Source of the DNA: Candidatus Woesebacteria bacterium RIFCSPLOWO2_01_FULL_44_24b
Lineage (GTDB): Bacteria > Patescibacteriota > Microgenomatia > UBA8517
NCBI GenBank assembly: GCA_001793235.1
Contig: MGHM01000020.1
Coordinates: 33,677 to 97,676, forward strand
Length of the DNA: 64,000 nucleotides
Reading direction: 5' to 3'
This document shows, in pieces, positions 19,055-27,882 of this stretch (within the stretch, counting starts at the first letter, position 1; every line of letters begins with the position of its first letter). The notes below the pieces were generated by a model. That model saw nothing but the letters and a program-made list of their open reading frames with translations, was not told the DNA's origin and did not search any database. A program made the translations under genes and the position numbers.

Positions 19055-19768
19055 TTATCTGTTGTTCCACCAGTCTCGAAGTTCATCAATCACTTCTCCC
19101 GTTTCTTCCCTTAACTCACCAAGTATTTCTTCGGCCTGCTCGGCTGTGTCATTTAAGAATTCCCGTGCCTCATCTGTAAAATCAGGGCACTGTATCGTTT
19201 CGCCTGTGTGATTGATAATTTCGTCCAAGGCATAATAGGGTGCCGTAACTTCCCCACCAGGTAATGGTAAGGCCTCATCGTCAAGCACTCGTCCCGAGGT
19301 TGCATTAATCCTGAGGCCGTATGGCAATGCTTCACTCTCGGTAACTGGCCAGTAATATACATTAAACTCGTCGTCTGTTCTTGCAAGAGGCTCTCTTTTG
19401 CCCAAATGTGGTTCTGCCATTTCTAAAGTGCAATTCACATTATCCATAAAACCGTATACTTGGCCTTGCCCGTCTGCCAAGACTGCTACAACTCTGTTTC
19501 TATCGGGACCGAATATATCTTGTCTATACTCCAGATAGCCTATAATTCTGGGCGACTCTAGGGCGACTTGACCTTCTCTTCTATCTATCGCAGTTAATGC
19601 TCGAATATTTGCTGCATCTGTTGCCGCATACGGATCAGTCTCTGGAGTTGCTTCTTGTGTTGGATTTTGCTCTAGAGTTTGCAAGAAGACAGGAGCGAAG
19701 AAGCTTACTCCTCCTGCGGCCGCTAACTCAATAAACTCTCTTCTTGTTAAACCCTTTCTTTCTTCCAC
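19055..19768 (-). CDS. Hypothetical exported protein (twin-arginine-like signal)
   Basis: N-terminus 'MEERKGLTRREFIELAAAGGVSFFAPVF' resembles a Tat signal (T-R-R-x-F-I); acidic C-terminal region. Confidence 0.5.
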   Translation of the reverse strand: MEERKGLTRREFIELAAAGGVSFFAPVFLQTLEQNPTQEATPETDPYAATDAANIRALTAIDRREGQVALESPRIIGYLEYRQDIFGPDRNRVVAVLADGQGQVYGFMDNVNCTLEMAEPHLGKREPLARTDDEFNVYYWPVTESEALPYGLRINATSGRVLDDEALPLPGGEVTAPYYALDEIINHTGETIQCPDFTDEAREFLNDTAEQAEEILGELREETGEVIDELRDWWNNR

Positions 19769-19788
19769 AACTTATTATACTTGAGGTG

Positions 19789-20964
19789 TCAATTCGTAAA
19801 TTCAAAACTGGCCAGCATATTGTCAAAGACTTGTTGTTCCCCTTTATCAACATTATCATCCCAGGTCATCTGAATAACCGTATTTTTATACCAGATAACC
19901 ACATATGCCCGCCACTTGCCGGTCAGCTCTCCTTGAATAACCTGTGCATCCCCACCGCCTAGTTTTTTAAGTTCAATCTTTGGCGGGTTACTCCAGCCGG
20001 ACAAGGTTCTCGTTGATGAGATAATCTCGCTTGCGGTAAGAGCGGCATTAGTAAGGTTACTTGAAGTCTGAATAACTAAGTTGTTTACTGTCTTATTACT
20101 CGCGTCGCGGCTTATTTCTGACTTATTGGCATAGATCCCCTCTTTTTCGTCTTTCTCGGCGGTCAGCGTCCATTCTGACGGATACTTGATGGTGTAATTA
20201 AAAGTAGTATTTTCAAAAGTCTGCCAGCCTGAGGTGTCGACCAAAAAAATAATACTATCTATGATTTTTTGGAATTCTTCTTCTTTTTCTGGAGAATCAA
20301 CAAAAAAATTTATTATTAATTCATTGACAACAATCTGCCACTGATCATCGAATGAAGCTTTTACAGCATCTTTACCTCCTACTCTTATCTCTTCAACTTC
20401 CGCTTCTGTAAAATCCGTAAACCCTGGTTTTTCTGGATAAATAGTCAGTAATTCTGTATTGTCTTCCCCAATACTCACAGAATTTTCCTTTTCATCAAGC
20501 ACTTCATAATCCTCAGGGATAGTCATCTGAACTAATAAATCTATATTTTTATACAGCTTTGTGGGCACAGGTGTGGGCGTGGGAGCCGCAACCACCAGAG
20601 CTTCGGTTACTAAAGGGGTGATAGTTGGGGCCGGCGCGCGCATGGTGTAATTATTTCCCGTAACGCGGGCTACAAAATAAATAGTGGCAACCAGAAGTAC
20701 CGCCGGGATGAGAAACAAAAGCTTTCGCAAGGGATGATGCTTGACCATAACATTGGGGCTTGACGATGATGGTGGCGGTGGCACAATTTCCACAACCGGC
20801 GCCTCCGCCACTGGTTGGGGAACTACTTCAACAGTCGGTGTAATCTCTTGGGCTGGCACCTCCTCAACACTTAAATTTGGACGATGACTTGTATCAAAGC
20901 CCTCCGGCGAGCCCCGGGCAGAATCACTTGCCCCGAGCGTAGTCTCTGACGAAGTGGGGTCCAT
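19789..20964 (-). CDS. Single-pass membrane hypothetical protein with a Pro-rich N-terminal region
   Basis: 391-aa ORF; Pro/Val/Glu-rich N-terminus, a transmembrane segment 'LLFLIPAVLLVATIYFVA', then a large extracytoplasmic domain. Confidence 0.5.
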   Translation of the reverse strand: MDPTSSETTLGASDSARGSPEGFDTSHRPNLSVEEVPAQEITPTVEVVPQPVAEAPVVEIVPPPPSSSSPNVMVKHHPLRKLLFLIPAVLLVATIYFVARVTGNNYTMRAPAPTITPLVTEALVVAAPTPTPVPTKLYKNIDLLVQMTIPEDYEVLDEKENSVSIGEDNTELLTIYPEKPGFTDFTEAEVEEIRVGGKDAVKASFDDQWQIVVNELIINFFVDSPEKEEEFQKIIDSIIFLVDTSGWQTFENTTFNYTIKYPSEWTLTAEKDEKEGIYANKSEISRDASNKTVNNLVIQTSSNLTNAALTASEIISSTRTLSGWSNPPKIELKKLGGGDAQVIQGELTGKWRAYVVIWYKNTVIQMTWDDNVDKGEQQVFDNMLASFEFTN

Positions 20965-22060
20965 GGTTATTCATTGTATACCAATTAATTCCACCTTGTC
21001 ATTCCCGCGAAAGCGGGAATCCACACTAATAATCTGGTCTGGTTACAATAGATTCCGGATCAAGTCCGGAATGACAATGAAGTTTCTCTTGGCAGCCTGA
21101 CAGCGATTGAAATATGGAACCCTACGACCCCATCACCATTTCAAGTGACTAAATTAGTTTTCACTTCAAATTAAAGTCTTGCTAATTTAATAACCAGAAA
21201 TGGTGAGGGGAAGAGTTCGGTTTATTTTCCCCAAAACCGTGACTTTAAAGGGGGGTGTTAATCCCGTGAGATAGTCTTGCGACATCTAACAGGACGTGTG
21301 TTTATTCACACTCCTTAGAAAGGAGGTGATCCATCCGCTCCTTCCAGAACGGATACCTTGTTACGACTTAAGCCTTATCGCTAGTTTCACCTTCTTCCGA
21401 TCACTCGGAATTCGGGTGCCCCTAACTTTACTGCCTTGACGGGCGGTGTGTACAAGACCTGAGAACGTATTCACCGGGATTTAGCTGACTCCCGATTACT
21501 ACCAATTCCGCGTTCATGAGGGCGAATTGCAGCCCTCAATCCCCACTGAGACATCGTTTATGGGATTAGCTCCGCCTTACGGCTTGGCAACCCATTGTCG
21601 ATGCCATTGTATTATGTGTGTAGCCCTGGACATAAGGGCCATGCTGACCTGACGTCGTCCCCACTTCCTTCTGATACAAAGATCAAAAAGTCTCCTATGA
21701 TTATTCAACATAGGACAGGGGTTGCGCTCGTTACCCCACTTAAGGGAACACCCCACGGCACGAGCTGACGACGGCCATGCAACACCTGTGCTATCATCCC
21801 AAATAAATTTAGGATCATCCCAATTTTCATCAGAACTAAAACGATAGCATGTCAAGTCCAGGTAAGGTTCTTCGGTTTGTCTCGAATTAAACCACATAAT
21901 CCACTGGTTGTGCAGGTCCCCGTCAATTCCTTTGAGTTTTAAACTTGCGTTCGTACTCCCCAGGCGGTCCGCTTCACGCGTTAGCTTACGCCCCTCTCCC
22001 GCTAAGCGGGAGAAAAAAGCTAGCGGACATAGTTTACGGCTAGGACTACAGGGGTCTCTA

Positions 22061-22928
22061 CTATATTGTTACATTCTCTAATTAATAGAGAAGATCTTGT
22101 CATTTCTGCAAGATTCTACATATTACTATGCAGCTCGGACTATATCATAACCCGTCCCGTTAGATAATTTATCTAATGGGATTGGGTCCCGACATGTAGT
22201 CTCTACGGGGTCTGTATTCTCGCTGAATAAGGAAGAAATTTATATTTAAATTCCGGTAAAATGAATTTGAAAACTTGTTTTCGAAGTTTACTCAAACTTT
22301 GTTTAGGAAAATAAATTATATCTCTACCCTTATTTTTGTGAGTTAAAGTTTCAATCTCAAAATTAGTGAGTATTGCTTCTTGCAACCTTTGTACATCTTT
22401 CGCAGTAAATGAATGAGTTTGGATGGACAGTCCAGCGTATTCTGCCGAACCATCATCCATAATCCATACTGCAAAAGAAAGTGGATTGCTTAGCAATACA
22501 TTTATGTTTGCAGGCACAATCTTTTTAAAAGACGGGTAAAATAAGTCATAATATGCAGTAAATTCTGGATGGGTATGAGTGACGAATTCGGCAAATTTAT
22601 AATCTTTTTTACCAACTCGCTGCTCAAAAACATTAACATCCATTGAAATAAAATTTGCAAATACAAAATATTTATATAAAACTAATGGAAGTTGATTTCT
22701 CGAGTGCTTAATATGCAATCGAGCATTCTTTCCATGAAGTTTTATTGCTCCATCTCCTAAAAGTGTCCCTACCAACACAGCCTTTTGAGTTTCACTTAAA
22801 CAGACTTCCCTCGGTATTGTCCTCATAATTTCAGTATACTAAAGATATACCGAAATAGTAGGATATTCACCGATACAGTCAGTTTTTCTCACTGCTAATT
22901 ACTTAGCAGGGGGACTAGAGTTTTACTC
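22061..22928 (-). mobile_element. Group I intron in 16S rRNA at the E. coli position ~788 site
   Basis: Exon 1 ends '...GGGAGCGAAAGGGAT' (E. coli '...GGGGAGCAAACAGGAT'), and exon 2 resumes 'TAGAGACCCCTGTAGTCC' (E. coli 'TAGATACCCTGGTAGTCC'). The 5' exon ends in U and the intron ends in G; the ~868-nt insert contains an intact LAGLIDADG ORF. Confidence 0.7.
22203..22826 (-). CDS. LAGLIDADG homing endonuclease (intron-encoded, intact)
   Basis: 207-aa protein with both LAGLIDADG motifs ('AVLVGTLLGDGAI' and 'SFAVWIMDDGSA'), lying entirely within the 16S intron. Confidence 0.8.
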   Translation of the reverse strand: MRTIPREVCLSETQKAVLVGTLLGDGAIKLHGKNARLHIKHSRNQLPLVLYKYFVFANFISMDVNVFEQRVGKKDYKFAEFVTHTHPEFTAYYDLFYPSFKKIVPANINVLLSNPLSFAVWIMDDGSAEYAGLSIQTHSFTAKDVQRLQEAILTNFEIETLTHKNKGRDIIYFPKQSLSKLRKQVFKFILPEFKYKFLPYSARIQTP

Positions 22929-23842
22929 CATCCCTTTCGCTCCCCTAGCTGTCGTTCCTCAGCGTCAAGATTTGCTTAGTCACCCGCCTTCGCCTTCGGA
23001 GTTCCTGTCGATATCAACGGATTTCACCCCTACACCGACAGTTCCAGTGACCCCAACATTCTTCAAGCACGTAAGTATCGCGTCCCTTTCCCCAGTTAAG
23101 CTGGGGTCTTTGAAACGCGACTTTACGTGCCGCCTACGAAACACTTTACGCCCAATAAATCCGGGCAACGCTTACACCCTTCGTATTACCGCTGCTGCTG
23201 GCACGAAGTTAGCCGGTGCTTATTCTACCCCGCCTTTCAGAGGGGTCAAAAGAAGTTTACAACCCGAAGGCCTTCATCCTTCACGCGGCGTCACGGCATC
23301 AGACTTGCGTCCATTGTGCACGATTCCCTGTTGCTGCCACCCGTAGGTGTATAGGCCGTGTCTCAGTCCTATTCTGGGGGTACGCGCTCTCACGCCCCCT
23401 AACCGTCGTAGTCTTGGTAAGCCATTACCTCACCAACAAACTGATGGTGCGCAGGTTCCTCCATCGGCGGGCAGTTAAGCCCTTTGCCCTTGCGGGATTA
23501 TGCGGTATTACCCCACCTTTCGGTGGACTATTCCACACCAATGGGTAGATCCCTACGTGTTACTCAGCCGTTCGCAACTGTTCCGGCAAGCCGGAACCGT
23601 TCTACTTGCATGCATAAAGTACGCCGCCAGCGTTTACCCTGGGCCAGGATCAAACCCTCAATTAAGTGGATTTATATTAAAATCCTGGGACCAATTCCAA
23701 TCGCTGTCAGACTGTCAAAGAGCTTTAGCTCGAAGACCCCTTCGTAGTTCCGGTAAAACCGGAACGAAGTGGGGTCAAAGTTCTAAAGTAATCTTGAAGT
23801 TATTAACCCCGCCTTGTTCGGCTGGCAAGTTAACTTGATTAG

Positions 23843-23880
23843 TGGGAGTAGTATAACAAGCGAGGTGAAGTTAGTCAATC
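23843..23880 (-). promoter_or_regulatory. 16S rRNA promoter (sigma70-like)
   Basis: Minus-strand sense 'gaTTGACTaacttcacctcgcttgtTATACTact' has a -35 TTGACT (plus 23873-23878), a 17-bp spacer and a -10 TATACT (plus 23850-23855), ~175 nt upstream of the mature 16S 5' end. A near-identical promoter is reused at 25040-25076. Confidence 0.55.
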
Positions 23881-23882
23881 AC

Positions 23883-24449
23883 TTACGAACGATTCTCCTC
23901 TTCATCTTTATACTCGTACATAAAGGTAAGGAGAATCTCAACAAACTTTATAATTTCTTCAGCAGTAATCTTATCGCCTAACTTCAGTTCATGGTTTTTT
24001 TGGTTTCCTAAATCTTTAAGTTTTTCCACCCATTTATTTGCATTAGGAGGAATGTAACCTGATTTTTTAAGTTCCACCACATATTCAATAAACTTTTTCT
24101 TTTCCTTTGAGCCAGCGACATTTACCGCAAGGTGCATTATCAATTTCCTTCCAAGAAGCTGAGTTGCGGTATAATCTCCGTTTTTGAGAGTACTGCGCAA
24201 TTCCTTATACACAGTCTCCAAGTCTTCATCCAATCCTTCTATCTCCTTTCCTAATAGTGGACCGGGAATAACCTCACTACCTCTCAAATAAGTAGGCTTA
24301 CCACAATTAGGACAAATATATATCCATGCAAACTCGCTATGAAAATAGCCTGAGTCACTAGCCACTTGATGTCCACAAAACCCACAAACGTATTCTTGTG
24401 GTTTAAGTTTATTCAAATTCGACCATTTACTAGACGATATTTTCGACAT
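23883..24449 (-). CDS. Zinc-ribbon plus DUF4145-domain protein (DUF4145 is typically linked to restriction or abortive-infection contexts)
   Basis: '...YVCGFCGHQV...YICPNCGKP...' is a CxxC...CxxC zinc ribbon; the C-terminus 'NANKWVEKLKDLGNQKNHELKLGDKITAEEIIKFVEILLTFMYE' matches the DUF4145 signature (R.xGN.aaH). The ORF track offers a longer start at 24569; the start chosen is the ATG at 24449 ('MSKISSSK'). Confidence 0.55.
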   Translation of the reverse strand: MSKISSSKWSNLNKLKPQEYVCGFCGHQVASDSGYFHSEFAWIYICPNCGKPTYLRGSEVIPGPLLGKEIEGLDEDLETVYKELRSTLKNGDYTATQLLGRKLIMHLAVNVAGSKEKKKFIEYVVELKKSGYIPPNANKWVEKLKDLGNQKNHELKLGDKITAEEIIKFVEILLTFMYEYKDEEENRS

Positions 24450-24714
24450 TGAGCTATTATATTCCAACTTTCTATTGAGGTCAATTGAGGCCGACTTGTG
24501 TCCCACTTGCTCCGCTAGCCTGCGTAGCTGTCCCAACCCCAAGAACAGTGTTGAGTTGAACGTATTCAACCGGAATCTTTACAGGTTCATCGTCATGGCG
24601 TTCCCTAGAAATAGCGGGACTGTTCATAGCTGAAGCAACTACTCCTACTCCGAAAACAAATTTTCCTAAATTATTGGGCATATTTCATTATATCACCCCC
24701 ACCACTTTTTGAAG

Positions 24715-24972
24715 TTATTTCTTCCTATTATTAACCCACCATCTTTTAAAATACTGAAGCGTCAAGGTTGATAATAAAAAGCCTATTGAGGGAATAACTG
24801 CATTAAGCCATGGGCTTGCTACTCCTATCGCCCACATATAAGCTCCAATGCTTATGTAAGTAAACAAAATCAAAAGCCCGCGGCGGGTAAAGCTTGTCTC
24901 CCACCCTTTGTCTTCCTCAACTTTTTTATTTCTTTTTTCAATTTCGGCAACTCTTTTTTCTAAGTCTTTCAT
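24715..24972 (-). CDS. Small two-transmembrane-segment hypothetical protein
   Basis: 85 aa with a charged N-terminal helix and then two hydrophobic segments; driven by a consensus promoter at 25040-25076. Confidence 0.4.
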   Translation of the reverse strand: MKDLEKRVAEIEKRNKKVEEDKGWETSFTRRGLLILFTYISIGAYMWAIGVASPWLNAVIPSIGFLLSTLTLQYFKRWWVNNRKK

Positions 24973-25039
24973 AGTGGAATTATATCAGGCCAAAGAAAAA
25001 CCTGTTCGTGTTCACAAGAAAGTCACGGAACTTTCTATA

Positions 25040-25076
25040 TGCTCGTATTATAACAATTGAGGTGAATTAGTCAATC
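25040..25076 (-). promoter_or_regulatory. Sigma70-like promoter, a near-duplicate of the 16S promoter
   Basis: Minus-strand sense 'gaTTGACTaattcacctcaattgtTATAATacgagc' has a -35 TTGACT, a 16-bp spacer and a -10 TATAAT; it shares ~25 of 28 nt with 23852-23880. Confidence 0.5.
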
Positions 25077-25101
25077 TAATCTGCTCCCCACTTTTTGAAG
25101 A

Positions 25102-25413
25102 TTATTCTTGTGGAGCAAGCTGAAGCATTCGTTCCAAGGTTGCTTGAGGCATGTTCATGCAGAATTTATAAAACTCTAAGTTCTCCATTTTCGCCTGGCT
25201 AATCACTCCCGACTCGTACAAATCTTCCATCATGGGTATCATGGTTTCCAATGCTAAAGATTTAGTCTCGGGAGAGGTTTCGCTCGCACTTCTTACGGTA
25301 TCCCACCTATACTGAGGCCAGTCATCGGTCTCTAACTTCAAATCTCTTAAAGGCATTTCCTGAAAAATCCTGATTTCATCTACCAATATTCCGTTTAATG
25401 TTTCCCCAGCCAT
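25102..25413 (-). CDS. Small acidic hypothetical protein (leaderless start)
   Basis: 103 aa. The ATG is immediately preceded by 'TGGTATATTTCTGGC', an extended -10 that places the transcription start site at or next to the start codon. Confidence 0.4.
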   Translation of the reverse strand: MAGETLNGILVDEIRIFQEMPLRDLKLETDDWPQYRWDTVRSASETSPETKSLALETMIPMMEDLYESGVISQAKMENLEFYKFCMNMPQATLERMLQLAPQE

Positions 25414-25466
25414 GCCAGAAATATACCATTAACAATACGAAGATTCAATGAGGACTCTATCCAAGA

Positions 25467-25832
25467 TTATTTCGGTCTCCTCAGTGGGCTCCCCAGAGGA
25501 CCTTCTTCACTCAACAACTTTTTCGCGGCAGCCACACCATCTTCAGGCAAAGTCCAAACATTAATAAGAAGTTTACTGAAGTTCTTTCTGTACTTCACCA
25601 TCTCTATATCAACTTCGTCAGTCCTTTTGGGCTCAAAGTAATCCTCATAAACCCGGACCAGCTCTTGATGTTTTTCAACCAATTGTCCTCTCTCCTCCAA
25701 GTTCAAACGCAAACCAATCAGTACAGAGCGCTTTTCACTTTCATTAAGGCTCGTGATTGCTTCTTGAAGATCGTAAGACAAAGAAGACTCTGGCCCTTTA
25801 CCATTCAAATATATTTCTGGCATTCTAACCAT
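25467..25832 (-). CDS. Small hypothetical protein (leaderless start)
   Basis: Begins at the ATG at 25832 ('MVRMPEIYLNG'); the ORF-track start at 25850 is a TTG inside the promoter. It has the same 'TGGTATATTTCTGGCATGG' leader as the adjacent gene, plus a 13-bp palindrome spanning the start. Confidence 0.4.
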   Translation of the reverse strand: MVRMPEIYLNGKGPESSLSYDLQEAITSLNESEKRSVLIGLRLNLEERGQLVEKHQELVRVYEDYFEPKRTDEVDIEMVKYRKNFSKLLINVWTLPEDGVAAAKKLLSEEGPLGSPLRRPK

Positions 25833-25897
25833 GCCAGAAATATACCACAAAACAAAAAACTGAGCAAATGGGCAGGTCCCGCTAAGCGGGATATAGC

Positions 25898-26155
25898 TTA
25901 CCTCTCCTTCGGAGGTCTAGCTACGTTTACCACAATCTTTCTTCCATCAACTTCTTTCTCGTTCAATGCAAGTGCTTTTTGAGCATCTTCTCCTTTTGCA
26001 AATTCCACAAATCCAAAGCCCTTTGAGCGCTTGGTAAACTTGTCAGTTATAACAACCGCATCCACAATATCGCCGTAGCTTGCAAAAAGCTCGAGAAGTC
26101 CGTCTTTATCAATGCTGTAAGGAAGATTCCCTACGTAAAGTTTTTTATCGTTCAA
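25898..26155 (-). CDS. RRM-type RNA-binding protein
   Basis: RNP2 'LYVGNLP' and RNP1 'KGFGFVEF' motifs; 85 aa. Confidence 0.8.
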   Translation of the reverse strand: MNDKKLYVGNLPYSIDKDGLLELFASYGDIVDAVVITDKFTKRSKGFGFVEFAKGEDAQKALALNEKEVDGRKIVVNVARPPKER

Positions 26156-26224
26156 TTAACTCACCCCCATACTGCTCTTCAGGAGGTGAAATTTGAGTGT
26201 CTCATATTCCCTACCCTCGAAACA

Positions 26225-26410
26225 TTAGTATTGTACCACAAACAGCACGCTAACTAAACCAATGAGTACAAATACGGCCGAAAGCAAGGTCGCTAGGCTC
26301 AAAAACACCATTAACTTGGGAGCTTTTAACTCTTCCCGCTTCATTACAACAAAAAAAGCCAACGGGGTGGCGGTCAAAAACATTATGGCAAAACCCTCAA
26401 AGAAAAACAT
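26225..26410 (-). CDS. Small membrane protein (hypothetical)
   Basis: 61-aa ORF, almost entirely hydrophobic with two transmembrane segments; located between GT2 and RRM genes on the same strand. Confidence 0.3.
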   Translation of the reverse strand: MFFFEGFAIMFLTATPLAFFVVMKREELKAPKLMVFLSLATLLSAVFVLIGLVSVLFVVQY

Positions 26411-26413
26411 AAC

Positions 26414-27142
26414 TTATTGTACATTATTCTTGCCGTTATGGTTGCCCCAGCCGCCGTAAATAAGCTCGGCAAAGCGGCCGGTGGTGTTTCGGCCCACAAG
26501 CTGCTCCACGCCGCCAATTAAGCTGCCTAAAATAACTCGCGCAATACTTACGTTTTCATACCTTCTCGGGGAAGGCCTAAACCTGCTTTCTAGCATCCTA
26601 AATTTATAGCCCTTTGCCACAGCTCTATGGATTAGCTCAACGTCTTCGCTAATTCTCAAGTTCCCGTCAAACCCCCCAAGGCGCTTAAATACGCTTTTTT
26701 TGATCCAGAGACACTGGCCTTCGCCATCCGGAAGCATAGTGCTCTGCCTGATGTATTTACCACGATTCCATGTCTCATAAACCATTCTTATTTCAAAAGC
26801 AAAGCCATTTGTGTCAAAATAACAGCAGGCCAAGTCAGCCTTCTTGTTTTTAAATTCCAAATAACTTTTTGCCAAGAAGTCCTTCGCAAAGGTAATGTCC
26901 GCGTCCAAAAACAAAAGTGTATCTCCTTTGGCATACTTCACACCGTTATTACGGCCCACGGCTTGGCTGCCGCCTTTAACTACCCTTGCCCCGAAAGACT
27001 TGGCAACCTTCATTGTCCGGTCACTCGAATTGGCATCGGCAACAATCACGTCAAAGTCCTGAAAGTTTTGCGTCTTCAGGCACGCCAGGAGATTGCCGAT
27101 ATACTCCTCCTCGTTGTAAGCTGGTATTACTACTGAAACCAC
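26414..27142 (-). CDS. Family 2 glycosyltransferase
   Basis: 'VVSVVIPAYNEEEYIGNLLACL...FDVIVADANSSDRT...LFLDADI' is a GT-A fold with a DxD motif. The likely start is GTG at 27142; the ORF-track ATG at 27214 would overlap the divergent dedA start. Confidence 0.7.
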   Translation of the reverse strand: MVSVVIPAYNEEEYIGNLLACLKTQNFQDFDVIVADANSSDRTMKVAKSFGARVVKGGSQAVGRNNGVKYAKGDTLLFLDADITFAKDFLAKSYLEFKNKKADLACCYFDTNGFAFEIRMVYETWNRGKYIRQSTMLPDGEGQCLWIKKSVFKRLGGFDGNLRISEDVELIHRAVAKGYKFRMLESRFRPSPRRYENVSIARVILGSLIGGVEQLVGRNTTGRFAELIYGGWGNHNGKNNVQ

Positions 27143-27170
27143 TATCTGTATTGTATAATGGAAAACGCCA

Positions 27171-27842
27171 ATGGAAGTACTGCACTTTGACCTGACTGAA
27201 ATAATAAGAACCATTGGTTATGCCGGGCTTTTTGCCATGGTCTTTGCCGAGTCTGGCCTCTTCTTCGGCTTCTTTCTTCCGGGCGACAGCTTACTGTTTA
27301 CAGCGGGTTTTTTGGCCTCACAGGGCTTTTTTGACGAGCGGGTCCTAATCCCCCTATTTGCAATAGCGGCCATTCTTGGGGATTCCGCGGGCTATTGGAT
27401 TGGTGCCAAAGCTGGTAAGTGGCTCATGCGCCAGAAAGAGAGCTTCTTTTTCAAGAAAAGCTATATCGAGCGCGCCAGGAAATTCTATGACAAGCACGGC
27501 GGCAAAACCCTAATCCTTGCACGTTTCGTGCCTGCCGTGAGAACATTTGTGCCGATTGTCGCCGGAATGACGGGCATGAATTACTCTAAGTTTTTAACTT
27601 ACAATGTGGTCGGTGGAATTCTCTGGGGCTCGGGAGTCTCAGCCGCAGGGTATTTCTTGGGCAGCCGCATTCCCCATGTTGATAGATATTTACTGCCGAT
27701 AATTTTGGTGATTATCTTTGTCTCAGTCCTTCCCGGCCTTATTCATATGAGGAAAGACATTTTGAGACTTATTAAGAAAAATCCCCTCTTAAGAAAGCTC
27801 CTGAGGCTTGAAGAAGAGTATATTGGCGAGACCCCTGTATAA
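27171..27842 (+). CDS. DedA / SNARE-associated (TVP38/TMEM64) family membrane protein
   Basis: 'GYAGLFAMVFAESGLFFGFFLPGDSLLFTAGFLA' is the canonical DedA motif (F/Y-x-E-S-G-L-x-x-P-G-D); multiple transmembrane segments. Confidence 0.8.
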   Translation: MEVLHFDLTEIIRTIGYAGLFAMVFAESGLFFGFFLPGDSLLFTAGFLASQGFFDERVLIPLFAIAAILGDSAGYWIGAKAGKWLMRQKESFFFKKSYIERARKFYDKHGGKTLILARFVPAVRTFVPIVAGMTGMNYSKFLTYNVVGGILWGSGVSAAGYFLGSRIPHVDRYLLPIILVIIFVSVLPGLIHMRKDILRLIKKNPLLRKLLRLEEEYIGETPV

Positions 27843-27882
27843 ATTTATTGCATATTCCCGGTATTTTTTAGTATAATTTACT

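Larger units (their letters stand above)
21317..23668 (-). rRNA. rrs: 16S ribosomal RNA, interrupted by a group I intron
   Basis: The reverse complement of the 3' end is 'AAGTCGTAACAAGGTATCCGTTCTGGAAGGAGCGGATGGATCACCTCCTTTCT' (~21320-21370). The 5' end 'AATTGAGGGTTTGATCCTGGCCCAGG' is at ~23640-23668, and internal blocks such as 'GTGCCAGCAGCAGCGGTAATAC' and 'TAGAGACCCCTGTAGTCC' are present. ORF-track entries inside it are spurious, except the intron endonuclease. Confidence 0.9.

Noticed and set aside
21577-23838. ORFs 21577-21897, 22972-23354, 23216-23548 and 23484-23838
   Set aside because: They lie inside the 16S rRNA exons or leader. Only the intron ORF at 22203-22826 is a real gene.
23852-25076. 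Near-identical 28-nt direct repeats initially read as att-like flanks of a 1.2-kb insertion carrying the DUF4145 gene
   Set aside because: On the minus strand each repeat is a textbook -35/-10 promoter (TTGACT-17-TATACT, TTGACT-16-TATAAT) correctly placed for 16S and for gene 24715-24972. They are therefore duplicated promoters, not recombination sites.
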